From positions 1 to 37,902 of the forward strand of contig BTUM01000078.1 in NCBI GenBank assembly GCA_045863235.1: a DNA stretch of 37,902 nt. The letters are read 5' to 3'. Of the stretch, positions 7,854 to 17,160 are shown one piece after another (position 1 is the stretch's first letter; each line of letters begins with the position of its first letter). The notes beneath the pieces are model-generated. The model saw only the letters and a list, made by a program, of their open reading frames with translations, did no database searches and was not told the DNA's origin. The translations under genes were made by a program, and so were the position numbers. This stretch comes from Candidatus Xenobia bacterium (lineage in GTDB: Bacteria; Vulcanimicrobiota; Xenobia; Xenobiales; QWHO01).

Positions 7854-9632
7854 ATGTCAGTTAGCGTCGAGACCGTTCCTGGCGGCAACTTCCTGGTCGA
7901 GGAATCCAGTCCCAAGGAGCTGTTTACCCCCGATGAGCTCACCGAAGAGCACCGCATGATTATGGATACGGCCCGGCGCTTCATGCTCGACGAGGTGATG
8001 CCCAGGGCCGAGCAGCTCGAAAAGTGCGATCTTGATCTGCTGGTGAAGCTGCTCAAGAAATCGGGCGAGCTAGGCCTTCTGGGCGCAGAAATTCCCGAGG
8101 AATACGGTGGAATGGGCCTGGATCTTCTCAGCTCGATGCTGATCTCAGAGGAGATCGGGCGCCTGGCCTCGTGGTCGGTCTCGGTGGGCGGACACGCCGG
8201 CATCGGGACCTACCCGGTGCTCTACTTCGGCAACGAGGAGCAGCGCAAGAAGTGGCTGCCCCAGCTGGCCACGGGCGAGATCCTCTCGAGCTATGGCCTG
8301 ACCGAGCCGCACTCCGGCTCGGACGCTCTGGCCGCTCGCACCAAAGCCGTTCTGACCGAGGATGGCCAGCACTACATCCTCAACGGCAGCAAGATGTGGA
8401 TCACGAACGCCGGCTTTGCCGACCTGATGATGGTCTTCGCCAAGGTGGACGGGACCCAGTTCAGCTGCTTCATCGTGGACACCAAGAGCCCCGGCTTCAC
8501 GGTGGGCGCCGAGGAGAAGAAGATGGGCCTGAAGGGCTCCTCCACCCGGGGCGTGACTCTGGAGAATGTCAAAGTTCCCAAGGAGAACCTGGTGGGCGAA
8601 GTGGGCAAGGGCCACAAGATCGCCCTCAACGTCCTCAACATCGGGCGCTTCAAGCTGGGCGCCTGGTGCGTCGCCGGCTCGAAGTTCGCCCTCAACGACG
8701 CCATCAAGTACGCCAAGGAGCGCACCCAGTTCGGCAAGCACCTCTCCGAGTTCGGCGCCCTGCAAGAGAAATTCGGCCAGATGGTCACCCTCATCTGGGT
8801 GGGCGAGTCGATGAACTACCGCACCGCCGGCCTGATCGAGAAAGCCCTCACGGCCGTGGACAAGAAGGACCCTCAGGCGGTGCTGCGCGGCATCGAGGAG
8901 TACGCGGCCGAGTGCGCCATCCTCAAGGTGTGGAGCTCGGAGGCTCTGGACTACGTGGTGGACGAATGTGTGCAGATCTTCGGCGGCTACGGCTACTCGC
9001 AGGAGTATCCGGCCGAGCGCCCCTACCGCGACTCGCGCATCAACCGCATCTTCGAAGGCACCAACGAGATCAACCGCCTGACCATCACGGGCACGTTGCT
9101 CAAGCGCACCATGAGCGGCCGCCTGAACCTGATGGACGCCCTGGTAGAGGTGCAAAAGGAGCTCGAGGGCGGCGTTTCGCCCACCCCGGGCACGGGTGCG
9201 CTGGCTCGCGAGAAGGCCCTGGTGCACGCGAGCAAGTCAGGCGCTTTGTTGTGCGCCGGCGTGGCCATCAACGCCATCGGCATGGATTCGCCCGAGGAGA
9301 AGCACCAGGAAGCCCTGATGCGCATCTCCGACCTGGTGATGGAGATCTTCGCCCAGGAGAGCGCCTGGCTGCGCTGCCAGAAGCTGATCGACACCCGGGG
9401 CGAGGACAAGGTGCAGATGCAGATCGACATCACGCGCACCTACATCAACGACTCCATCGAAAAGGTGCGCCGCGTGGGCCGCAACCTGCTCGCTTCCGTC
9501 TCCGAGGGCGAGGCGCTCGAGGAGTCGCTCGAGCAGCTCGACCGGCTGCTCAAGCACACCCCCATCAACACCGTGCGCACCCGACGTCGCATCGCCGAGC
9601 GCGTGCTGGAGGCCGGCCGCTATCAGGTTTGA
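7854..9632 (+). CDS. fadE: Acyl-CoA dehydrogenase (long FadE type)
   Basis: YGLTEPHSGSDA, LNGSKMWITN, KMGLKGSST, QIFGGYGY, RIFEGTNEI motifs. GAGG RBS before ATG 7854. Confidence 0.92.
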   Translation: MSVSVETVPGGNFLVEESSPKELFTPDELTEEHRMIMDTARRFMLDEVMPRAEQLEKCDLDLLVKLLKKSGELGLLGAEIPEEYGGMGLDLLSSMLISEEIGRLASWSVSVGGHAGIGTYPVLYFGNEEQRKKWLPQLATGEILSSYGLTEPHSGSDALAARTKAVLTEDGQHYILNGSKMWITNAGFADLMMVFAKVDGTQFSCFIVDTKSPGFTVGAEEKKMGLKGSSTRGVTLENVKVPKENLVGEVGKGHKIALNVLNIGRFKLGAWCVAGSKFALNDAIKYAKERTQFGKHLSEFGALQEKFGQMVTLIWVGESMNYRTAGLIEKALTAVDKKDPQAVLRGIEEYAAECAILKVWSSEALDYVVDECVQIFGGYGYSQEYPAERPYRDSRINRIFEGTNEINRLTITGTLLKRTMSGRLNLMDALVEVQKELEGGVSPTPGTGALAREKALVHASKSGALLCAGVAINAIGMDSPEEKHQEALMRISDLVMEIFAQESAWLRCQKLIDTRGEDKVQMQIDITRTYINDSIEKVRRVGRNLLASVSEGEALEESLEQLDRLLKHTPINTVRTRRRIAERVLEAGRYQV

Positions 9633-9661
9633 TTGACCCGGTCCAAGCCATGTGTTACGGT
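9633..9661 (+). promoter_or_regulatory. Sigma70-type promoter, probably giving a leaderless mRNA
   Basis: TTGACC (9633-9638), 17 bp, then extended TG-n-TACGGT (9656-9661). ATG lies 7 nt downstream with no SD. Confidence 0.6.
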
Positions 9662-9668
9662 GGGGTAC

Positions 9669-10064
9669 ATGAAGGACCACCACCTCTCGATCCGCATGTC
9701 GGCCGAGCAGAAACAGTCGCTTGAAGCAAAGGCGCGCGAACTGGGCATGACCTGCGGTCAGCTGGCTCGCAAGCTTCTGGCGCTGGGCTCGGGAGTGGCC
9801 GAGGAGGCCCCCTCCTCGGCTCGCGCCTTTCACGAGCCCGGTCAGGCTCGCTCGCGAGAGGCCGAGCTTCGCTGGTTGAGAGAGAATCGCACCCAGCTGA
9901 ACGCCTACGGAGGACAGTGGCTGATTCTCGAGGGGGATCGCCTGGTAGCCCACGGGTCCGACTACCTGGATGTGCTGCGCGAAGCTCGCGAAAAGGGCGT
10001 GGTCGTGCCCTTCGCCTACCGGGTACCCGAGCTCGAGGGCGAAGTGGTCTGGATGGGACTTTGA
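9669..10064 (+). CDS. RHH (CopG-like) plus DUF5678 protein, putative antitoxin
   Basis: N-terminal LSIRMSAEQKQSLEAKARELGMTCGQLARKLL (ribbon-helix-helix). C-terminal WLRENR..L..Y.GQW....G..LVAHG is DUF5678-like. Confidence 0.75.
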   Translation: MKDHHLSIRMSAEQKQSLEAKARELGMTCGQLARKLLALGSGVAEEAPSSARAFHEPGQARSREAELRWLRENRTQLNAYGGQWLILEGDRLVAHGSDYLDVLREAREKGVVVPFAYRVPELEGEVVWMGL

Positions 10065-10456
10065 GCTTTCAGCTCAGCTTTACCGAGCGCATCACCTTCC
10101 AGGACTCACCCGGGGCCCTGATCACGCTCTTGCTTGGTGGCTACGAGGTGGACATGCCTGTCCTGATTGACACCGGGGCCGAGCTCAGCCTGCTGGACGG
10201 AGTTCACGCTCGCTCGGCTGGACTGGACATCTTTCAGGGCCGTCCCAGGGCCTTTCAGGGCTTTCTCGGGGCTCGCACCGTGGCCTACCAGCATCCGGCC
10301 CGGTTGCGCCTTGGCTCGCTCCGGCTCGATTGCGAGCTCGCCTTCAGCACGCAACCGCTGCTCCGCCAGGTGCTGGGCCTGGATGTGCTGCAGCATCTTC
10401 GGTTCGGGCTCGATCAGGGGTCCCGGGAGATGTATTTGGCCCTCCGGCCCGGCTGA
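10061..10456 (+). CDS. Retropepsin-like aspartic protease
   Basis: LIDTGAELSLL catalytic motif and VLGLDVL C-terminal motif. TTGA start/stop overlap with the upstream gene. Confidence 0.8.
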   Translation: MSFQLSFTERITFQDSPGALITLLLGGYEVDMPVLIDTGAELSLLDGVHARSAGLDIFQGRPRAFQGFLGARTVAYQHPARLRLGSLRLDCELAFSTQPLLRQVLGLDVLQHLRFGLDQGSREMYLALRPG

Positions 10457-10553
10457 GATTCTCTCCAGCTCTCGCTGGCAGCTTGTACCACCCGGTGAGG
10501 CAACGGTAACCCCTCTCGACGAACGTGACCACGGGTTCCCTTCGAAGTGCAAG

Positions 10554-10594
10554 CGAACACGCGTTTGTCCCCCGCGGGGACAAACGCATGTTCG
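10554..10594. promoter_or_regulatory. 19-bp inverted repeat containing two Gram-positive-type LexA (SOS) box matches
   Basis: CGAAC-ACGC-GTTTG (10554-10567) and CAAAC-GCAT-GTTCG (10581-10594) match CGAAC-RNRY-GTTYG on opposite strands. Confidence 0.5.
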
Positions 10595-10630
10595 GGAAGG
10601 CATCCCTCCAACCGTGGGGAATGCGAGCCG

Positions 10631-11509
10631 ATGCGCTGGCTCCTCGTCGTGCTCCTGGCCACCACCGTCCTGGCTCAGCCCGTGCGCGAGTGGACAGTGG
10701 ACGCCTGGGTCTCCTCCCCCATCGACGAAATGAGCGGGCTGGCTGCCAGCCGCAAGCATCCGGGCGTGATCTGGACCCACAACGACTCGGGCGACGAAGC
10801 ACGCGTCTTTGCCATCAACAAGGAGGGCAAGATCCTGGGCGAGCACCGCATCGAGGGGGCAGAGAACTCCGACTGGGAAGACATCGCCTGCGACGACGGC
10901 AAGCTCTACATCAGCGACCTGGGTAACAACTCCAACAAGCGCAAGGACCTGGCCATCTACGTGGTGGACGAGCCTGCGCCCGAGGGCGATGAGCCCATCG
11001 CCCGCTTTACGCGCTGGCCGGTCGCCTTCCCCGAGCAGGGTAAAAGGCCCGAATACGACTGCGAGGCCCTCTTCGTGGCCGGGGGCACCGTCTACGTGCT
11101 CACCAAGGAGCGCACCGTCTGGCTCAAGCAGAAAGTTCCCGGACGGGCCTCGCGTCTGTACCGGCTGGACACGCGCTACACCGACCGGGTCAACCAGCTC
11201 ACCCTGGTGGAGCGGCGCACCGGGCTGGGCGGCTGGGTCACGGCCGCCGACCTGTCACCGGATGGGCGCACGCTGGCCGTGCTCTGCCAGCGGCCCATTC
11301 CCGCCCTCTGGCTCTTCGAGCGTCCGGCCGATTCGGACCGTTACCTGTCCGGAAAGGCCAAACGCCTGCTGCTCAACCGCGCCGGCCAGATCGAGTCGCT
11401 CACCTGGCTTGATGAGGACACCGTGCTGGTGGGGAACGAAGCCGGCCACCTGTGCCGGATCACTCGCTCGGAGTTGAGCGACACCGGTAAATCACCCACA
11501 GGCAGGTGA
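10631..11509 (+). CDS. Secreted beta-propeller protein (SdiA-regulated/phytase-like superfamily)
   Basis: Signal peptide MRWLLVVLLATTVLA. EMSGLAAS, WTHNDSGD, DWEDIA, YISDLGNN, DCEAL, TAADLSPDG motifs. Confidence 0.8.
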   Translation: MRWLLVVLLATTVLAQPVREWTVDAWVSSPIDEMSGLAASRKHPGVIWTHNDSGDEARVFAINKEGKILGEHRIEGAENSDWEDIACDDGKLYISDLGNNSNKRKDLAIYVVDEPAPEGDEPIARFTRWPVAFPEQGKRPEYDCEALFVAGGTVYVLTKERTVWLKQKVPGRASRLYRLDTRYTDRVNQLTLVERRTGLGGWVTAADLSPDGRTLAVLCQRPIPALWLFERPADSDRYLSGKAKRLLLNRAGQIESLTWLDEDTVLVGNEAGHLCRITRSELSDTGKSPTGR

Positions 11510-13532
11510 GCGCCCCCAGCAGAGCCAGGGGGAAGACGAAGACCGGCATGGTCTCCATCTCAACGTCCCCTCGGCTGGCCCACACCGCCAGAGCATTGTT
11601 GCCCACGTGGGCCAGCATGCAGGGGAAGATGGAGCGGCTCCACCAGCAGATCAGGGTCAAGAAGAATCCCAGCACGGCCGTCGGGGGGATGCGAAAAAGC
11701 GAGAAGTGGAACAACCCGAAGACCAGGGCCACCATCACGGCCACCTTCCAGCCGACCGCCCCGGGACGATTGCGCAGGGCGTAGAGAAAAGTTCCCCGGA
11801 AGGCGATCTCCTCGCACACGCCGGGCAACAGCGCCAGGCCCAGGTAGAGCATCCAGGCCGGGCGTTCCTTGAGCTGCAGCATCTGGGAGAACTGCTCGAG
11901 CAGATTCTGGGGCACCGGGAAGAGGAGCCCGGTCAGAAGCGAAACTCCCACCCCCACCAGGTGGGCCAGCGGGATGAAGGCCAGCACAGCCAGCCACACG
12001 GGCCAGCGAGGCAAGCGAAGCGAGAGTGCCTCAATGGGAGACAGGCGGTAATGGCGCAGCATCCAGATGGGCACCAGCAGGAAGACCAGCAACTGGTTGA
12101 CCACGACGGCGGCCACCAGGTTGGTCCCCAGGGCAGCGTTCATCAAGAGCACGAACACGAACATCAGGGCGTACCAGCGGGGAGCCTCGCGTCCGAAGCC
12201 CACCGGCGTGCGGGCCTCGAACTGCGATTCTTGCAGCGAGGGGAGCACCAGCTTCTCATCCGTGAGCAGACGAGCCGCCCGCAGCGAGAGCCAGGCGGCC
12301 CAGCCCACCGTCACCAGCGAGGTGGCCACCAGCCAGGGCCAGGGGAAGTGGCCGATGAGGATCTCGCGCAGAGCCACACTGACATTGGCCACAGGCACCA
12401 GCACGATAGCCGATTCCAGAGGCAATCCAGGTAAGAGAGAGGTCAGGCTGAGCACGCACATGAGCGAGAAGACGGGGAAGAGCAGCACCTGAGCCTCCTT
12501 GTAGGAGCTCGAGAAGCCGCTCACCAGCATCAGGGTGCCGGCCACGAAGGCCGCCAGCGGCAGAATCAGGAGGGCCAGGGCCAGGAACAGCCCCGCGCTG
12601 GCATCCAGCACGAAGCCCTGGGGCATGGGCACCAGGCCCAGAACCAGGTAGAGAAGGCTGTTGATCAGCTGGATGGCGGCGATCACCAGAGCCACCGTGA
12701 GGGTGGCCAGCTGCTTGGCGGCGATAATCTCCGAGCGCCCCACCGAAGTCGTCAGGAGCGTTTCCAGCGAGCCTCGCTCTTTCTCCCCGGCCAGACCGTC
12801 CAGGGCCGCGACCGAGCCGCCGCCCACCAGAAAGAGCACCAGAAAGAGCGCAAAGTAGGGGCCCAAAGCGGCCCCGGTCAGCTGGGCCGGGGTGGCCCGG
12901 TCCTGGGTCTGCACCACCACCAGGCCGGCCACGTCGCCCGGCCAGCCGGCCTGTTTGATCACAGCCGCCCGGTGGCGGTCGAGAACCCGGTCGAGCCGGT
13001 CGGTCAGTTGTCCTACCGCTGAGAGCGACTTCTCGCGATTGCCGGCGTAGAGAACCTCGAGCTGGGGGACGCCTTTGAGGCGGGCGGTGCGGAAGCGAGC
13101 CCGGGTGGGAGGCTTCTTGTCGCTGGAGGCAGCGGGCCGGCGACCCTCGGCAGGGCGAACCTGATCAGGCGGCACGAAGCGCAGAACCAGGTCGATGGTT
13201 CCGTCCTCCAGGGCCACCTCGGGCTCGACCTCCAGGCTGACCTCCTGGAATCGGAGGCGCCGCAGCCGGTCGGGATTCGGGTCCTCATCACCTGGGAGCT
13301 GCTGGCGCGCCTGCTCGAGCAGCCTGCGCAGGAACGGGTTGCCATTCTCCAGCACGTAGAGGTAAGTCTGGCTCACCTGGTGCTGGCGCCTGGAGTTGAC
13401 CATGCTCAAGGAGCCGAGCACCAGTGGCACCAGCAGCAAGGGGAGCAAGATGGACAGCACCAGCGTGCGGCCGTCGCGGTAGACCATGCGCAGCTCGTGG
13501 GCCAGCAAGATGCGCACCTGGCCCCAGTTCAC
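11460..13532 (-). CDS. NatB-like ABC-2 permease fused to a CPBP (CAAX/Abi) intramembrane metalloprotease
   Basis: AGEKERGSLETLL permease motif. C-terminal EEIAFRG, FGLFH, HVGNN CPBP motifs. Confidence 0.88.
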   Translation of the reverse strand: MNWGQVRILLAHELRMVYRDGRTLVLSILLPLLLVPLVLGSLSMVNSRRQHQVSQTYLYVLENGNPFLRRLLEQARQQLPGDEDPNPDRLRRLRFQEVSLEVEPEVALEDGTIDLVLRFVPPDQVRPAEGRRPAASSDKKPPTRARFRTARLKGVPQLEVLYAGNREKSLSAVGQLTDRLDRVLDRHRAAVIKQAGWPGDVAGLVVVQTQDRATPAQLTGAALGPYFALFLVLFLVGGGSVAALDGLAGEKERGSLETLLTTSVGRSEIIAAKQLATLTVALVIAAIQLINSLLYLVLGLVPMPQGFVLDASAGLFLALALLILPLAAFVAGTLMLVSGFSSSYKEAQVLLFPVFSLMCVLSLTSLLPGLPLESAIVLVPVANVSVALREILIGHFPWPWLVATSLVTVGWAAWLSLRAARLLTDEKLVLPSLQESQFEARTPVGFGREAPRWYALMFVFVLLMNAALGTNLVAAVVVNQLLVFLLVPIWMLRHYRLSPIEALSLRLPRWPVWLAVLAFIPLAHLVGVGVSLLTGLLFPVPQNLLEQFSQMLQLKERPAWMLYLGLALLPGVCEEIAFRGTFLYALRNRPGAVGWKVAVMVALVFGLFHFSLFRIPPTAVLGFFLTLICWWSRSIFPCMLAHVGNNALAVWASRGDVEMETMPVFVFPLALLGALTCLWVIYRCRSTPSE

Positions 13533-14278
13533 GGGTGGCCAGCCTTGACGTAGCGGACGAAGATGTCCTCCAGATAATGCTCGCCCGAGCTGTCGCGCAG
13601 GCCAGCCAGGGTATCGCAGGCGAGGATCTTTCCCTGGTGCACGATGGCGATGCGGTCACAGAGCTTTTCGGCCTCGCTCATGATGTGGGTGGAGAGGATG
13701 ATGGACTTGCCCTGCGAGCGGAACTCGCGCAGCACATCGTGAAACTCGAGCGCATTGAGCACGTCCAGGCCCACGGTGGGCTCGTCGAAGATCAACACGG
13801 GCGGGTCGTGGGCCACGGTGCGGGCGATGGAGACCTTCTGCTTCATGCCGCTGGAGAGCTGATCCACCCGCGTATTGGCGTAGGACTGCAAGCCGATGCG
13901 CTCGATCAACTCCTCCACCCGGTCCCTCACCCGGTCGGCGGGGTAGCCGTTGATGCGGGCGAAGAAGTCCAGCGTCTCGCGCGGGGTGAGGCGTGGATAG
14001 AGGGCCGTGGAGGCCGAGAAGAAACCCAGGCTGCGGCGCACCGCGGCCGGCTCCTTGACCAGGTCGTGGCCCATTACCGAGGCGGTGCCAGAAGTGGGGG
14101 TGAGGACGGTGCTCAACATGCGCAGAGTGGAAGTCTTTCCCGCGCCGTTGGCTCCCAGCAGGCCAAAGATCTCGCTCTCCTGACACCAAAAGGAGATGCC
14201 CTGCACGGCCGGGACCTGGCCGCGCCCCTGCTCGAAATAGGTCTTGGCCAGCTCGCTGACCTCGACGGGATGGCTCAT
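13529..14278 (-). CDS. ABC transporter ATP-binding protein (NatA-like)
   Basis: GANGAGKT Walker A, LSSGMKQK signature, IFDEPT Walker B, STH. ATGA overlap with the upstream permease. Confidence 0.92.
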   Translation of the reverse strand: MSHPVEVSELAKTYFEQGRGQVPAVQGISFWCQESEIFGLLGANGAGKTSTLRMLSTVLTPTSGTASVMGHDLVKEPAAVRRSLGFFSASTALYPRLTPRETLDFFARINGYPADRVRDRVEELIERIGLQSYANTRVDQLSSGMKQKVSIARTVAHDPPVLIFDEPTVGLDVLNALEFHDVLREFRSQGKSIILSTHIMSEAEKLCDRIAIVHQGKILACDTLAGLRDSSGEHYLEDIFVRYVKAGHP

Positions 14279-15501
14279 GAGCGCTTGAGCAGCCGCTGGC
14301 GAGCAAAGGTCCAGAAGCTGCCTCCATAGGTGCCCAGCACCACGTCTTCGTAAGCCAGCACCCGCCGGGCCACCCACAACGAGACCACCACGCAAAGCAT
14401 CAAAACGCTCAGGCTGATCAAGAGCTGAGGCCAGAGAAGATGGCCGGCGATGGCCTCTCGGAAGGCCAGGGCCGCATTCAGCACGGGGATACAGGCCAGC
14501 GTGGTGGTAAACTGCACGGAGGGGTCAGCCACCAGCACTGTAGGCAGGATCGTCACCGCGTAGAAGGGCGTGGAGAGCGACTGGCCCTGCTGAAAGGTGC
14601 GGGCAAACGAGGCCGGCACCATCATGCCGGCAGCCATGAACATGGCCAGGAGCAAGGTACCGCCGATCAGCACCGGGAGCGAGGACCACGGAAGCGAGAT
14701 GGTCACTCCCTCCATGGGCTCGAGCACAGCGTAGACGCAGGTATAGAGAGCAGCCAGGTTGAGCAGGCCCGAGAAGGCGATCACGCTGACCACATAGAGG
14801 TATTTGGCAAGAACCACGTCGTCGCGCGAGGCAGCCGTGGTCAAGAGCGTCTCCCAGGTGGAGCGCTCGCGCTCGCCAGCGGTGGAATCGACGGCCGGAT
14901 AGAGACCGCCCATGCCCATGACCACGATCATGGCCATCGGCAAGAGAATCGAGAGCAAGAAGCGTCCCACCTGGCTCTCGCTGGCGTGGTTGACCGGCTT
15001 CACCCAGAGCAGCTGCAGCTGCTCGTCGGGAGCGGCCAGTTGGCGTGCCAGCTCCTCCAGGCGCAGGTCGCGATAGCGCTCGAGCACCTGCTGCATCCGA
15101 TCGCGTGCGATCTTGCTGTGCAATCGCGAGCCATCGTAGACCAGGCGTACGCCCAGCTCATTGTGCGGTCCGGGCTGGAAGACGGCCACCAGGTCGAACC
15201 GCCCCTGCCGCAGGCCAACCAGGGCATCTTCCTGGGGCCGAGTCAACAGGGAGAACTCGCCGGTCTCCTGCAACTCGGCCTCCAGCCGGGCATGGTGCGG
15301 GGGAAGACCGGCCACGGCCACGCGCGAGGGAGTCTGCTCGAGCGTGCCGCGCACCAGCGAGTCGGCCGAGAAGATCAGCCACAAAATGCAAGGATAAAGC
15401 AGCGCCGGAACCAGCAGGCTGTAGAGCAAGACGTTCTTCTCGCGCAGAGCTGAGCGCAGCTCGCGCTGGTAGAGCAACCAGACATCGCCTGCTCGGCTCA
15501 A
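14275..15501 (-). CDS. NatB-like ABC-2 permease
   Basis: AGERERSTWETLLT motif; N-terminal TM, extracytoplasmic loop and multiple C-terminal TMs. Confidence 0.88.
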   Translation of the reverse strand: MSRAGDVWLLYQRELRSALREKNVLLYSLLVPALLYPCILWLIFSADSLVRGTLEQTPSRVAVAGLPPHHARLEAELQETGEFSLLTRPQEDALVGLRQGRFDLVAVFQPGPHNELGVRLVYDGSRLHSKIARDRMQQVLERYRDLRLEELARQLAAPDEQLQLLWVKPVNHASESQVGRFLLSILLPMAMIVVMGMGGLYPAVDSTAGERERSTWETLLTTAASRDDVVLAKYLYVVSVIAFSGLLNLAALYTCVYAVLEPMEGVTISLPWSSLPVLIGGTLLLAMFMAAGMMVPASFARTFQQGQSLSTPFYAVTILPTVLVADPSVQFTTTLACIPVLNAALAFREAIAGHLLWPQLLISLSVLMLCVVVSLWVARRVLAYEDVVLGTYGGSFWTFARQRLLKRS

Positions 15502-15854
15502 GGAGTGACTTTCTCCAACCCCTTCGCGCTGGTGTATTGCTGGTGGGAGCCGACGTTCACCAGAGTAAAGGCTCCCGGCTCCACGGTGTAGGTGTAGCCT
15601 CCGGGAACCTGTTCCAGGTAGAGCGGGACCAGCAGATCGAGCTTGAGGGGATAAACCCCCTCATGGTGTCGAGCGTAGGCCTCGATCGTCTTGCCCAGGC
15701 TCTCGATCTGGGTTGTCACCAGATCGGGCGGCGGGGGCGGCGGCTCCTTGTTGCCTCCAAAAAAGAACATCCACACGGTCATCATAATCACCAGCGGCAG
15801 CAGCATGGAGGCCATGGAGGGGCGCTCCGCCGGAGCAGGGCTATCTTGTGCCAT
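15498..15854 (-). CDS. Small single-TM protein with pseudopilin/GspG-like C-terminus
   Basis: TM helix, poly-Pro linker, then IE.Y....G.YP..L..LVP.YL..VP. Stop overlaps the permease TTG start. Confidence 0.6.
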   Translation of the reverse strand: MAQDSPAPAERPSMASMLLPLVIMMTVWMFFFGGNKEPPPPPPDLVTTQIESLGKTIEAYARHHEGVYPLKLDLLVPLYLEQVPGGYTYTVEPGAFTLVNVGSHQQYTSAKGLEKVTP

Positions 15855-15957
15855 AGGAGGGGCTTCGACTCGCCCTCCAGGGGAGCCTTTCAGGATTTTT
15901 TCCCGCCTTTTCTGGATACTGAGTCAAAGACTGAAATCAGGCAGGGTGATTCGAGAG

Positions 15958-16689
15958 ATGTTTCAGTGGATATTCACCGGAGCCATGGGAAGAAGGGCCG
16001 TCAAGGCCGGCCCGGGTCTCTGGGAACGACGAAAAGACTATCGACTACGCTGTCAGTTCGAGGCCACCTGCCAGACAGGCGACCAGTCGGTGCCAGGCCA
16101 CCTCGTCGAGATCGGGCCCCGCGGCCTGCGAATCGCCACCGAAGCGACCTTCAAGCCCGGCACTTCCGTCCGGGTTTCTTGTCGTCCGGGGGGCATGCTT
16201 CTGGGTCGTCAACGTTTGCCTTACAAAGTCACCTGGTGCGAGCCCGGCGAGATCGGGGTCACCCTGGAGGAAGATTCCCTGACCCAGACCTGGGTGGAGT
16301 ACGCTCTCAAGCTGCTGGGCGCCCTGCGGCGCCACATGCAGCCACGAAGGGCCTTTCGCGCCCCCTGCGCGGCTTCAGCCGAGCTTCGTGACCTGCAGGG
16401 CGTCGCGCTGGGTCAGGCCCAACTTCGAGACCTCGGCATGCAAGGTGCCATGGTTTGCACTCCCGTCTACCTCGAGCCAGGCGCCACCATCCGATTCGGG
16501 CTCGGACCCAACCGCAAACTGGCGGCTCTGGAAGTCCCGGCCAGCATCTTGAGCTCGCGGCGTGACACCGAGTCGGGCGACCGACTGGCCCACCTGCGCT
16601 TTTTCGGACTCAATCAGGACCAGAGCGAGCTGCTCGAGCGCTACGTGATGCAAGCCATCGAGCTGATGGAGCAAGAACGCCGCGCTTAG
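15958..16689 (+). CDS. Tandem PilZ-domain protein
   Basis: ERRKDYR...EIGPRG and RRAFR...DLGMQG resemble RxxxR and D/NxSxxG motifs, two copies. Confidence 0.8.
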   Translation: MFQWIFTGAMGRRAVKAGPGLWERRKDYRLRCQFEATCQTGDQSVPGHLVEIGPRGLRIATEATFKPGTSVRVSCRPGGMLLGRQRLPYKVTWCEPGEIGVTLEEDSLTQTWVEYALKLLGALRRHMQPRRAFRAPCAASAELRDLQGVALGQAQLRDLGMQGAMVCTPVYLEPGATIRFGLGPNRKLAALEVPASILSSRRDTESGDRLAHLRFFGLNQDQSELLERYVMQAIELMEQERRA

Positions 16690-16718
16690 AGTCGCTGCAA
16701 CTTCTTCTGCGCTATATT

Positions 16719-17096
16719 TTAGCGGTCTGGCTTGCGCGTGAAATAGACGGCCCCGTTGTCGAACTCGTCCGGTCGGATCCCCCCCGGCTCGGTGCTCTGC
16801 ACCACCAGGCGCCCCTCCGAGTCAAAGCGGAAGATGGTCAGGATCGGCTTGGCGTCGGTGCGGATGTCGAGCTCATAAGGCTCGGTCTTGAAATTGGCGA
16901 TGTAGGTGCCGTCTTTGGTGGGCCCCTCGGGGTTGAGCATGTGAATGCGGCCGCTGGCACTGAACTCCATGGTCACTCCCCCCTGACCGATCCAGGTGCC
17001 CCAGAGTCTTTCCTGCTCTTTGTTCTTGCTCGGGCAACCGGTCAGGCAGAGAGCTGCCAGTGCCACCAGGACCCACGTCCGCATCTCAGCAGGCAT
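16719..17096 (-). CDS. Lipoprotein, small beta-barrel (TIGR03067/lipocalin-like)
   Basis: Lipobox LCLTGC; LWGTW, GTY and P.ELDI motifs. Confidence 0.7.
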   Translation of the reverse strand: MPAEMRTWVLVALAALCLTGCPSKNKEQERLWGTWIGQGGVTMEFSASGRIHMLNPEGPTKDGTYIANFKTEPYELDIRTDAKPILTIFRFDSEGRLVVQSTEPGGIRPDEFDNGAVYFTRKPDR

Positions 17097-17160
17097 TTCT
17101 CGTCATGTTGGAGAGGTCCTCTGTGAAGGGAGCCTTGACCACTACTGAGAAGGCCCGGCG

